Source: a virus. Taken from it: a stretch of 64,000 nucleotides of DNA. Shown piece after piece: positions 35,657-46,200 of this stretch. The number at the start of each line of letters is the position of its first letter. Within the stretch, counting starts at the first letter, position 1. The notes beneath the pieces were generated by a model. That model was not told the origin of the DNA. It made no database searches and saw only the letters and a list, made by a program, of their open reading frames with translations. The DNA lies in the IMG/VR virus record IMGVR_UViG_3300032093_000021, positions 32,001 to 96,000 of that record. One strand, 5' to 3'. The position numbers and the translations under genes were made by a program.

Positions 35657-38601
35657 TAATTACAACTTATTGAAAAATCAATCCCTATGTTTATAGTAAG
35701 ATTTTTATTATTCAGGTAACTATCACAACCCGAATTATAAATATATAAAGTATTTCCACTAATTGAATAATATAAACCTTGTTGAATCAATTGAGGTAAA
35801 TAACTATCCAAAGAATTTTTCCAAATTTGATTATTTGGGACATCTAAATTACCTTCACCAACATAAAATAATTCATTTATCAAATTTTGCCCATCAAGTT
35901 TTAGATTCAAATACCAATTTGTCTTCAATGTGTTCAAGCTACAAACCAAAGAATTTGTAGATTGGTAATTGTTGACTATGTCACTTAAAATCACATTAAA
36001 CGGTTGTGTGGGATAAACACTACAACTAACACTTTCATCAAAACAATTATAATCATATAAAGAAGTAATGAAGAAACACGGATCACAAGGTACAGGTATA
36101 ATCGGACATCCTCTCTGCAATCTATAAACAAACTTTTGTCTATGGAATATTGAGTTTTCAAACTTCATTCCGGTCATCCAAATAGTTGTTGCCGGAATCA
36201 TTTGTTCTACCAACCTAACCCAATAGTCACCGAGACCATTCACATAATCAATCATTGTTTTATATGTGAAATTATCATTCGGAATATTGACAGTTTGTAA
36301 TGATTCCAAGTATCTGAAATAAATTGATTGTAAAGTCGGATACCCCCCTGTTTTTCCGTCAGAAATGAATTGTCTATTTCTAACATTAATCATATTCAAC
36401 CAAAAAGTTTGAGCAAACTCAAAGAAAGATCTTCTTTGTGGTTGTGGATTTATAACTGTCCAATCCACACCGTCAGGTTTAGGATATGGCGATGTCAATC
36501 CGGTACTTGGTATTGGATAATCGTATTTGTTAGACATTGCCCACACATCATAAACCAATCCTTGTCCGGGATTCATGAATATATCAACGTTTTTAACGTT
36601 TAAGATATATTTTTCATTTTCAACATAGTAGTAAGCATCAAACTTTACTGAAGAATTCCCTACTCTCAAATCTGTGTCAGATGATGGCCAACTTTTTTTA
36701 TTATCTTGAGTTTTGATTAACTTGAAACCTTCAGATATGAATGGAAAACTCCTAAATCTATCCAAATATTTTTGCCCGTATGAGAATGGTTCAAAACTTG
36801 TTTGTACATCAGTGTTCTGACCTGTAAAGGTACTAGCGGTTGCATTCACTTGTTGTGAACTTTGGTGTTCTTTTGTTAACTCAAACCAACCGGCCCCTTT
36901 TTGAAAATAAAAATCCTCAGTATCTATCGGTGCCTTTGGGTAACCATCATCATCAACAGGAAATTGGTCCCTATCCAAACTTACCGCGAGATATGTTTCA
37001 TCTATTGTGAATGCAGTATACACATTCCCATATATTGTAAAAGTAGAATTTGGTCCTGTTAAAAAGTTTGGTGTTTCCCTCACAAAAATACCATCTGAAA
37101 TGTCAAGATATTTGGAGTCAAAGTCCTTCATATTGATCCTTTGCCCCGCTATATAGATATATTCATTGAACTCAACTAAAGCCTCAGGTGCTCCTACTAA
37201 TCTGAGTAAGAATTCTATTGATTTTCTTGTTCCTTTTGATTTGAATAGATATGCGGAATTTAATATCAAGTTACGATAAAATTGATAATTAAGCTCAGTT
37301 GGAGTTAACGCTCTTGAAAATCCAGGATATTCTATTTTATTTGTATTACCAAATACTGATGATAGAAAATCATCACTAGATATTGGTGAAACATTTATTT
37401 TCCATCCTAAAGTTTCCGATAAGTTTTTTAGTAATAGTGATGGTATATCATTCTTAATAGTATAATTCACAGAATTCATATGAGCTAAAGCGTCAATGAA
37501 TTTTTTCGTTTCATCAAAACTTCTACCGTATAAATCTAATATTTTTTGGACTTTTCTATCCGGAGTATCAAATTCTTTAAATGATTCCGTTGTTAAAAAC
37601 CTTGATACTAAATTAGTTTTGAAAGTATCAAATAGTTCCGAAATTTCATTCAAATTTGTCAAATAAAACTCAAAACTTGGTGATTTAATATCTAAGTTCC
37701 AAACACCATCCAAAGGCCATGTTACATTCTTTACTTCCGTAACTATTTCACCTTCATTAGTTTCAAAAGGGACCTTAAAACTAGCAGTATATTTGGGAGT
37801 TACAAGCCTGTTCAGTAAAAATTGTTCTACCTCGTCAAAATTTTCAATAAAGGATCTATCAGCAAAAAAATCATTAGGCCTGATTATCAAATCATCAGTG
37901 GAATTTTTTTGATTAGGAAATGGATTACCTTCAACAATAAAAGTTACATAACCATAAAACAAACTTTCCGATGGCTCCATGAAAAGAACATTATATTCGC
38001 CATCACCTACATATAGTGAATATTTTTCAAAATTAACTGTCAGATCACGGAGAGGGCTGACTGTTATTTCTCTTGCCAATAAATTCCTTGTAGAATTAAC
38101 TGAAAAATCAACACCAAAAGGATTTATTATTTCATCAACCTGTAACTGAAAGGTTGTTGTATTTTCCAAAAAATCAAACTCAATATTTACCGCAGTATAT
38201 CCGGTTGTGAAATTAGGTTTTAAATTATAACTTTCTATTGATGCCGGAAAAAAATTGATGATTTTTTGGACTGAAGAAGAAATTCTTTTGGATAAAGATC
38301 CGTAAAGGTTAAATTTTGTTATTTCACTTAAATCAAAATTTGGAAACACCCTAAACTCTTTCGCCGCAATCTCTCTAGACTGATTGACTGTGAGAACATT
38401 CAACGAATCCAAAGTAATTGGTTCAGAAAATAAACCTATGTTAAAATTCCTATTGGATTTTTCAGTTATATTTGTGGTAAATTCAAAGTTTCCTTGAGTT
38501 AATCCACCCCCTTGCACTATTTGTAACCCGACTATATTGTCGGAAAATGTGCCAGCACCGCTTGATGGTCTTGGAGGATATCTAAAAAACTTTCTAGCCA
38601 T
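35656..38601 (-). CDS. virion structural protein, baseplate wedge-like
   Basis: AYLFKSKGTRKSIEFLLRLVG resembles the KGT..I...L motif of P2 gpI/T4 gp7-type wedge proteins; structural cluster. Confidence 0.55.
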   Translation of the reverse strand: MARKFFRYPPRPSSGAGTFSDNIVGLQIVQGGGLTQGNFEFTTNITEKSNRNFNIGLFSEPITLDSLNVLTVNQSREIAAKEFRVFPNFDLSEITKFNLYGSLSKRISSSVQKIINFFPASIESYNLKPNFTTGYTAVNIEFDFLENTTTFQLQVDEIINPFGVDFSVNSTRNLLAREITVSPLRDLTVNFEKYSLYVGDGEYNVLFMEPSESLFYGYVTFIVEGNPFPNQKNSTDDLIIRPNDFFADRSFIENFDEVEQFLLNRLVTPKYTASFKVPFETNEGEIVTEVKNVTWPLDGVWNLDIKSPSFEFYLTNLNEISELFDTFKTNLVSRFLTTESFKEFDTPDRKVQKILDLYGRSFDETKKFIDALAHMNSVNYTIKNDIPSLLLKNLSETLGWKINVSPISSDDFLSSVFGNTNKIEYPGFSRALTPTELNYQFYRNLILNSAYLFKSKGTRKSIEFLLRLVGAPEALVEFNEYIYIAGQRINMKDFDSKYLDISDGIFVRETPNFLTGPNSTFTIYGNVYTAFTIDETYLAVSLDRDQFPVDDDGYPKAPIDTEDFYFQKGAGWFELTKEHQSSQQVNATASTFTGQNTDVQTSFEPFSYGQKYLDRFRSFPFISEGFKLIKTQDNKKSWPSSDTDLRVGNSSVKFDAYYYVENEKYILNVKNVDIFMNPGQGLVYDVWAMSNKYDYPIPSTGLTSPYPKPDGVDWTVINPQPQRRSFFEFAQTFWLNMINVRNRQFISDGKTGGYPTLQSIYFRYLESLQTVNIPNDNFTYKTMIDYVNGLGDYWVRLVEQMIPATTIWMTGMKFENSIFHRQKFVYRLQRGCPIIPVPCDPCFFITSLYDYNCFDESVSCSVYPTQPFNVILSDIVNNYQSTNSLVCSLNTLKTNWYLNLKLDGQNLINELFYVGEGNLDVPNNQIWKNSLDSYLPQLIQQGLYYSISGNTLYIYNSGCDSYLNNKNLTINIGIDFSISCN

Positions 38602-39509
38602 TATTGAGTTATAGTTGTAAAGTTTTTACTAAAATCAATGTTATTACCTCTATCTTGTCTAACCTCATATAGTAACTCGTTGAAGTTGTTTCTAATCTCA
38701 TAAAGATTGTATTGTTTATATATGTTGTTATCAGAGTCATAGATAGTATATATACCGTCGTCAATTGACTTGGTTTGATTACCATAAAGCGCGATTGACA
38801 ATGTTGAAATATCTTGGTCAACTAATTCTATATCCATGGTTATTGGATTAAAGAATGTATTTGTTATAATTATATTTTGGTTTGGTTGACCAATGAAGGG
38901 AGTCGCATTAGGTTTGTTTGTTGGTGAAGACGAAGGTGATAAAGTTAAAAACATTAAATTAGTTGTACCATCAACATATCTATATCTAACCGCTTTTTGT
39001 GATGTATTTGTTAAGTTTTGTATCACCGGCTCACAAAAAAAGTTTGATGTTACTATTCTGAAGAAATTAGGTATTTTAGTTCCATCATCATTAAGATACT
39101 CAATCCTGAACCCAACTAATCCTTGAGCCACAAATTTATTTCTGAATTGACTTGGGACATTGTCCAAATTGATAACCAAACCTTTTACATTTGGAAGTGC
39201 CGATAACACACCACAATCCGTTATACTTGTTCTGATTTGTGCGGGTCTTATGTATAAAGTGTAGATCCCTAACCTATTGAACTCTTCTGAAGGTAATCTG
39301 AGATTATAAAGACCACCCAATATTTCAATGTCAGGATTTCCTCCGGTGTTAATATTATTGAAATATGGTCTTAATATGTTTGTTGCATTTAATCTTTTCA
39401 AAACAAAATCGTCCGTAACATCCCTTGAAGGTGTATAATTTAATATTATTTCAACATCCTCAGGAGAAACGTCCGCCGGTCTTATTGTTCCATATGTGCC
39501 TACAGCCAT
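38601..39509 (-). CDS. putative virion structural protein
   Basis: 302 aa, N/T/I-rich; in baseplate cluster; TATTTAT motif upstream. Confidence 0.55.
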   Translation of the reverse strand: MAVGTYGTIRPADVSPEDVEIILNYTPSRDVTDDFVLKRLNATNILRPYFNNINTGGNPDIEILGGLYNLRLPSEEFNRLGIYTLYIRPAQIRTSITDCGVLSALPNVKGLVINLDNVPSQFRNKFVAQGLVGFRIEYLNDDGTKIPNFFRIVTSNFFCEPVIQNLTNTSQKAVRYRYVDGTTNLMFLTLSPSSSPTNKPNATPFIGQPNQNIIITNTFFNPITMDIELVDQDISTLSIALYGNQTKSIDDGIYTIYDSDNNIYKQYNLYEIRNNFNELLYEVRQDRGNNIDFSKNFTTITQ

Positions 39510-39544
39510 AAATTAATTTTTATATAAATAGTTTATATTTTTTT

Positions 39545-40723
39545 TTATTGAGTTCGTAAATCAAAGAATCCATACCCATAATTTTGCAAGTCCCCGATAT
39601 TATCAACTTCACCTAACCTTTCAACTCTCTCCAAAGCACTATTCTTACCTCTTTCTATAAAAATATCGGATTGTATTTGTGGATCAGAAATTACGTTTAA
39701 CAAAGCTTCATTTTTAGTCATAGCTGATTGAACCATCCAATTAGAGGTTAAACCACTACTATTGATAGTATATATTGTCGTTGAGTTATCAAAATCAATA
39801 TAATTGACACCTTGTATTGTATAAGCAGTAAATGAGGATGGTTGAGTTATATCTGATGTAATAACACCCCAACAATTATCCCCATCTTTTCTCACACAAA
39901 TCCCAGTCTTAAATGGATTCTTACCATATTGTCTAAGTTCCTCAATTCTTGATTTTGTTATTCCACTAACAATTATTGGTAATGTAGTGTAATTATCAGA
40001 AGTCTGTTCACTTATCAAATTCACCGAATCACCTGAAAATATAAAATCATAAGAAACCGGTGTTGCTGACCAAGACCCTATGTTTGGTGTAAAAAAGGCC
40101 TCTCCCTTAGGATCGTCAATCACCATTTTTTTATAAGGAACGACCACACTTTTACTTATTGTATTGGTTCCCCAAGGTGTTTTTTGAATTAATGTTATCT
40201 TATATTGTTTCGGAACATTTGATGGATAAGTGTGTGATACAAAATTAGGAGCAAAGTTAGTTATTGTTTGTTTTGGTGACCCATCACCCCAATCTACCTG
40301 ATAAGATGACAAAGCCAAAAAGTTTTTTAAATTCTTTTCAGAAGTGTTATAAATGTTATATGTGTAGGGTGTATTTGTTTTAGATGTGAAAATAAAATTA
40401 GTAACCACATCTTTTTGTATTATAGCCCCATCAAACACTGAATAAACACCCATATCTACATTATTTTGTCTAAACAAAATAGGTATAGTTAAACCAGTTA
40501 ATATGGACGATCCATTGGTTCCTCCGCTTAGAATATCGGTCATAGCACTATATACAGTTGTGATTCCTGTGTTTGCGCCAATACCTTCAGGTATAACAGT
40601 AATAAAACAACAATTACCGGTTATTGCAGTAATAACGTAGGTTGACGAAGTGTATGGTACACTAACTAAATCACTTAGTATATTTTCAGGCGAAATTTTT
40701 ATATAGTATTTATCTTCAGTCAT
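39545..40723 (-). CDS. putative structural protein with PKD-like domain
   Basis: YQVDWGDGS...SHTY...YKITL motif. Confidence 0.6.
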   Translation of the reverse strand: MTEDKYYIKISPENILSDLVSVPYTSSTYVITAITGNCCFITVIPEGIGANTGITTVYSAMTDILSGGTNGSSILTGLTIPILFRQNNVDMGVYSVFDGAIIQKDVVTNFIFTSKTNTPYTYNIYNTSEKNLKNFLALSSYQVDWGDGSPKQTITNFAPNFVSHTYPSNVPKQYKITLIQKTPWGTNTISKSVVVPYKKMVIDDPKGEAFFTPNIGSWSATPVSYDFIFSGDSVNLISEQTSDNYTTLPIIVSGITKSRIEELRQYGKNPFKTGICVRKDGDNCWGVITSDITQPSSFTAYTIQGVNYIDFDNSTTIYTINSSGLTSNWMVQSAMTKNEALLNVISDPQIQSDIFIERGKNSALERVERLGEVDNIGDLQNYGYGFFDLRTQ

Positions 40724-41541
40724 TATGGATTGACATATTCATACCATTTTATGGAGTTCCCACTACCACCTACATTCAAGTTCGTTTGAGTGTCATACAC
40801 TTTATAAGTGTAATCTGAGTAATCTAATTCAACTCTATAATAGAAATAGTTTTCAGGCTTGAAATTAAAATAATTTGTCCCCCCAATCTGAGTTTGTTTC
40901 CTATTCATCATCTTTATGTAAATTCCTGATTTAGCATCAAAGAATTTTGCCGACATATAAAAAGTTTTAAGATTCAAAAAATCTCTTCTTTTTAACCAAT
41001 AAATAAAAAATCCTTCTTTATCACCAACATAATCTAATTTGAATATTGGTCTTTTAATTTTCACGTTTTTAAGTGAACCTATATTTGTAGTCAAGGTGGA
41101 TCCTTGTTGCGTTGGAATTATTATTGTAAAATAATTTGTTTGCCCGCTTTGTAGTGGACTATCATAGAAATCTAACTTAAAAAAAGATTTTTTGAAAGGA
41201 TTGGCAAAGTAATATATTTCTCTTTCCGGAAATCCTTGAACTCTGTAATCCGCCTCCCATACGGCATTTGCAATACTTGGAGCCGTAACTGCAGTACTGA
41301 CAAAATAAAATTCATAATTGATATCAGTCAAATTTGCATTTACAGGATTTGTTTTGTTTGAATGTGCAAATCTAGTCACTTCAAAATCTTTGTCAAGATT
41401 CAGAACATCTCTGCTTGTTTTCTCTTGGAAAGTATCCAAATCCATACCTCTATCAAGAAAATCCCATTTCATTTCAATTGGGATATTGACACCCTTTTCT
41501 TGGACTTCAGAAAACAACAATTTATATTTATTCACACTCAT
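40723..41541 (-). CDS. putative structural protein
   Basis: Aromatic-rich ORF in the structural operon. Confidence 0.55.
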   Translation of the reverse strand: MSVNKYKLLFSEVQEKGVNIPIEMKWDFLDRGMDLDTFQEKTSRDVLNLDKDFEVTRFAHSNKTNPVNANLTDINYEFYFVSTAVTAPSIANAVWEADYRVQGFPEREIYYFANPFKKSFFKLDFYDSPLQSGQTNYFTIIIPTQQGSTLTTNIGSLKNVKIKRPIFKLDYVGDKEGFFIYWLKRRDFLNLKTFYMSAKFFDAKSGIYIKMMNRKQTQIGGTNYFNFKPENYFYYRVELDYSDYTYKVYDTQTNLNVGGSGNSIKWYEYVNP

Positions 41542-43237
41542 CAATCAATGGATTTCCAATTGCATTTATGTCTTGCTTGACTGTCCCTTCAGGTCTCAAT
41601 CTAAAAATTATTTTTGAGGTTGGGTAATGTGTTCCGTTTATGAATGGATAATTTAATCCCAATCCTTTTTCATCAACGTAACCATAAGTATATATGTCTC
41701 TCCAAATTAATCTATCTGTGGATTGAATGTAAAAAGCATAATCGGGAGCCCCTTCCACTTCATCAATCAAAGCTTCCTCCAAATAATCTGAATATACTCT
41801 TATAGGTATTGAATTGTGTGGTTTATAATAATACCCATCAGGGTTTGTTGTATTCAGATTATTTAATGTAAAATAATCATTGTTGAAATATAGTTTGTGA
41901 AAAAAATCGGAGAGTAAATACTCATTTTGTTCCAACTGATTAAATTCACAAAAACCACCACTTATTACATCGTTCAATCCTAAATCTCTATTATAATAAA
42001 ATGTTCTACCATTTGAAACATAATTACCAAGTTGAATATTGGTAAGATTGACTTGATTGTTCGCATTGGACCAATATGGTGATACTGTATTTGTAATATT
42101 AAACTCATATCCTTCTCTTAACCCTACGTTATTGAATATTGGTTTATTAAACCAACCAAAATAACCTCGGTTTATAATTGTGACGAACACCTCTGTAATT
42201 GGTCTTTTCAGATTATCTCTCAGAGGTGCAATATCAATATCTCTTTTGAAAGTTAGATTATACGATTGATTACCATGTCTTTGCGTAATTCTTGCGGATC
42301 CCGGAGGGGTTATTTTATCAAACTGAAATCTATTTTTTACCCCAAAACCATTTTGTTCAAATCCCGATTTAACCAAAACCGCGTCATCCGCTTTAGTTAA
42401 AATTCTATGTTTTCTAACATAATATATTGATTTTGAATCACCTGAATTGTTTATGTCAACAATCCTTTTTAAAGTTCCAACACCTCCGTTCGGTAATGCA
42501 GAATTTAAGGTAGATTGTGTTAAATTGATAATAAATTTATCAGAATTAAATCCGTTGTTTCCTAATGAATAAACCTCCTCAAGATATATATTACCATTGT
42601 AATTTATTTCAACATATTGTCCAGGTTGGAAATTATGAGGGACAGGACAAACTAACGAAATCAAATCTTGACCATTGAAATCAAATGGTTTATTAATTTG
42701 AAAAGGGATCCCTTCTGACGCTACCCATGTTTTACTCACATTAGAAGATGGATAATATAATAATCTTTTATTGAAATCGTTCTCAAAAGGATAACTTAAA
42801 TAGAAGTTCCAATTATAAAAAGATGATTCTTCATTTATAAAATTAAGATGCACATTTGGATTTTGTGTGTATCCAACAACATTATTATCCGTTCTCATCA
42901 AATCAAATTCTTTATATTGTGGATATCCTGACCAAATTTGAGTGACAAATGAATCATCAGGATTCAAGTAATACAATTGATCTGTGAATTTAGAATATGG
43001 TGAGGTCCCAATATATGAATTAAAAAATAAAAAATCTATATTAGCCGTAAATCTAAAAATAGAACTGCTTTGCCTTTCCTCGTCAAACACATCAACCAAA
43101 CTTAATACCACACTTCTGTCATACTCCTCCATTTCCTTTTCGGTGTTTGACAATGGTAAATTAAGGTTAATATCTGTATTAATAGATGACTTAAATCTTT
43201 CTTTACCTAAAACTATTCTAGTATCAATTCTATTCAT
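41528..43237 (-). CDS. putative structural protein
   Basis: 569-aa ORF overlapping neighbours in the structural operon. Confidence 0.55.
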   Translation of the reverse strand: MNRIDTRIVLGKERFKSSINTDINLNLPLSNTEKEMEEYDRSVVLSLVDVFDEERQSSSIFRFTANIDFLFFNSYIGTSPYSKFTDQLYYLNPDDSFVTQIWSGYPQYKEFDLMRTDNNVVGYTQNPNVHLNFINEESSFYNWNFYLSYPFENDFNKRLLYYPSSNVSKTWVASEGIPFQINKPFDFNGQDLISLVCPVPHNFQPGQYVEINYNGNIYLEEVYSLGNNGFNSDKFIINLTQSTLNSALPNGGVGTLKRIVDINNSGDSKSIYYVRKHRILTKADDAVLVKSGFEQNGFGVKNRFQFDKITPPGSARITQRHGNQSYNLTFKRDIDIAPLRDNLKRPITEVFVTIINRGYFGWFNKPIFNNVGLREGYEFNITNTVSPYWSNANNQVNLTNIQLGNYVSNGRTFYYNRDLGLNDVISGGFCEFNQLEQNEYLLSDFFHKLYFNNDYFTLNNLNTTNPDGYYYKPHNSIPIRVYSDYLEEALIDEVEGAPDYAFYIQSTDRLIWRDIYTYGYVDEKGLGLNYPFINGTHYPTSKIIFRLRPEGTVKQDINAIGNPLIDECE

Positions 43238-46200
43238 CGGCTAATAATATTTCTATGTATTTTTGTCTAAATTTATTTAACGCCGTCCTATTTTTATTTA
43301 ATCCAAAATAGAAATACCATGGAGCACCACCAATGAACGGATTTGGCGTATTTTGGTTCAAACTATAAATAGCATCTTGTATCAGAATAGATCCGTTAGT
43401 CCAATTATTAGGTGTTGTTGCACTTGCAACAAATGAAACACCATCTTCATTTACTCCTCCAACATTTGTAAAATCATCAGGTGATTTATAGTCAAGCATC
43501 GTATAATTTTGACCAACTATTAAAGTTCCGCTAGTCAACGTTGTTGGTGGTTGTTGATAATTGAAAAGATATCCTCTATAGTCCCAATCACTGAATGTAT
43601 TACCTCTTGGATATGGACTATTTTCTCTGTCTAAACTTTGATACCCTTCTTGGTATATGTCTAGCATAGTTGTTGCCCAGTTATTAAATTGTGTCCCAAA
43701 TAAATTCCCACCATCAATATTCCATCTATAATGTGGAACTATTTGCGTCTTTTTAGGTAAGTCATTATATACAAAAGTTCCTGATGGTAATGGTGTTGGT
43801 CTGAATCTTATGATTCTCATTGGTGATACGTAATCTCTTAATTGAATATCTTCGTTTGTTGAATCAAAATAAATTCCAATCACCGCACCCCCACCTATAG
43901 CACCTCCAGCAATCACAGCATCAGGATTAGGATTATCTGTTCTATAAAAACTAGAATCAAAAGGAACAATTCCAAATTGAGAATTTACTGCCGCCGCTTG
44001 AGCAAAGTCCCCATCTACCTTTTTACCAGGTCTAGAAAATAAAGTTGTTAATGTATTTGCACCCCCGAACAACCCTTGGAATGTTGTTGGTTGTGTCATT
44101 CGTGATGCAGAAAATAAAATAATAACATCTTCAATATCGTTATAACTTGATGGTTGTAATTGATCCATTATATATCCATAATATCTATCATTTAAAATTA
44201 CCTCTTTCAAAAAGGAATCCCTTGGGCCTAAGTTAATTATTGTTGTAGGATACTTTAGATTTCTTTGGTTAGCCCCAAATTGAGTTTGTTTTTGTGATAC
44301 AGGTGGAGATCCTATAAATTTATACTCATTCGTGATAGGGTCAAGCGCCGCAGGTGAAGACCTATAGTAAAAATTATTACTTTCATTTTGTAATACCAAA
44401 AGTTGTCTAGGAAAAACTCTTTTACTTACTTGATTAAATTTATTATAGAATGTATTAACTTTGAAAGGAAACGCATAGAGATTTCCATTTACCCAATTAT
44501 TTATAAAAGTATTTGCAAGTACCCCTTGGCATAATCCATAATAAAATCTAAATCTATAGTTCCACTCCAAAATCTGATTAATATCTCCATCTTTTCCAAA
44601 TAAACCTATTAAAGGTTTTGTAACAATCCAATAACAACCATTTCTGACTTTATCTTCCTTACAATTTTGTTGGACTGTCATTGAGTTTCCCTGACTTTGA
44701 TAACAACTTAAATCTCTCATACCAGTACAACTGAAACTATCTAAAATAGTTGATTCATACCCTTTATTATCGCTTGAAAATTCAGGATCAAAGTCATTAT
44801 TATATTGAGGTGAACTTGGTTGATTATTTGCGGCTGTTGGGTCATCCCCCGGGATGACATAAAAATCATCCCATGATGCATGTTGTAAAACACCTCCATC
44901 TGGTAGTTTAGGCAATCTGTCAGCTCTCATTACTATATTCTGAGAATTATTCATACTTGTTTGAAATGTAGAATAAGTAGGTCTTATTAAATTCCTACCA
45001 TCACCATTTCTGAATTCATAGGTTGATCCATGTATTGATTCGTTCAGATCATATTTTGCATCTCTTCTTTCCAAGTTAGTAACGACCGTACTACCTAATG
45101 AATCTTGATCAGTTTGTAAAACAAGACCCATGTTTACAGAAGTAAGATTTGATCTGTTTCCTGCATATATTTTCAATATAATTCTATCTGTTGGGTTCAT
45201 TGGAACCGCATTATTAATATAAACCGGAAGTCTATCCCTTTGACTACTGGGTGGTAGAAACAAAGTATCAAAGTTATTACTTATAAGAGTTTCAGTTACC
45301 CCATCCCACTTAAATACCCTTAAAATAAAGTATATACCATTTAGATAAACAGATGACATTCTTACATAAAAATTCCACCATCCTTGTGGTATTAAATTCA
45401 CATTAGGTACTCCAACAGGTGTTACAAAATTCATAATATTAACGAATCTCACTAAATCTCCAGTACCCCATGATGATGGATTGGTACCTGTAGCTATAAA
45501 TGTAGTACCTTCGTTATTATTTGGTGCACCTACATTTGTAAAATTAGCACCACCGGAATTGTCGCGAATTCTGTAAATATTACCAATAGTCAAAGCTCCA
45601 CCACTTTGTGTGTCGGGTAAATTTGTTGTGACAACATTATTCCCAATCGCCCTTTGTGTTGAAGTTTCTTTGTATGTTGGTATTGTACCATTAACTAAAC
45701 TATTCAAGAAAAAAACTTTTCCGTCGGCAATTTGATCCGCCAAATCAAAGAACAAAGGATTCCCTTCATTGGCTCTTAAATCGCTAACACCATTAAAGTT
45801 TCCAAATTGTGTGTTGTTATTTATGTTTAAGTTTATTCCATCAACATTACCTGAAGGTGGTGGTCCCAAACTTGAATATTGTGAGGTGAGATTTGATATA
45901 TATGGTATAAAATTACCTGGCTTGAAAACATATGATGGGTAAAATAATTTTAAACCTTGTGAGCTTGTGTTATTATCAGTAATTTCATTGTGATTTGCCA
46001 TTACCATATTACCTGAACTCGTAGTATTTTGTATAGGAATATTTAATCTTAATTTATTTGTAATTTTTATTTGATCATGGTTATCAAACCCAAATAATCT
46101 ACCTAACTCAATAGTCGTATCAATTTTTTCGGAATACACATCAACACCTCTTTGCGCTATAACAACATAAGAATCTAAATTTAACAACTTGCTGAATTCC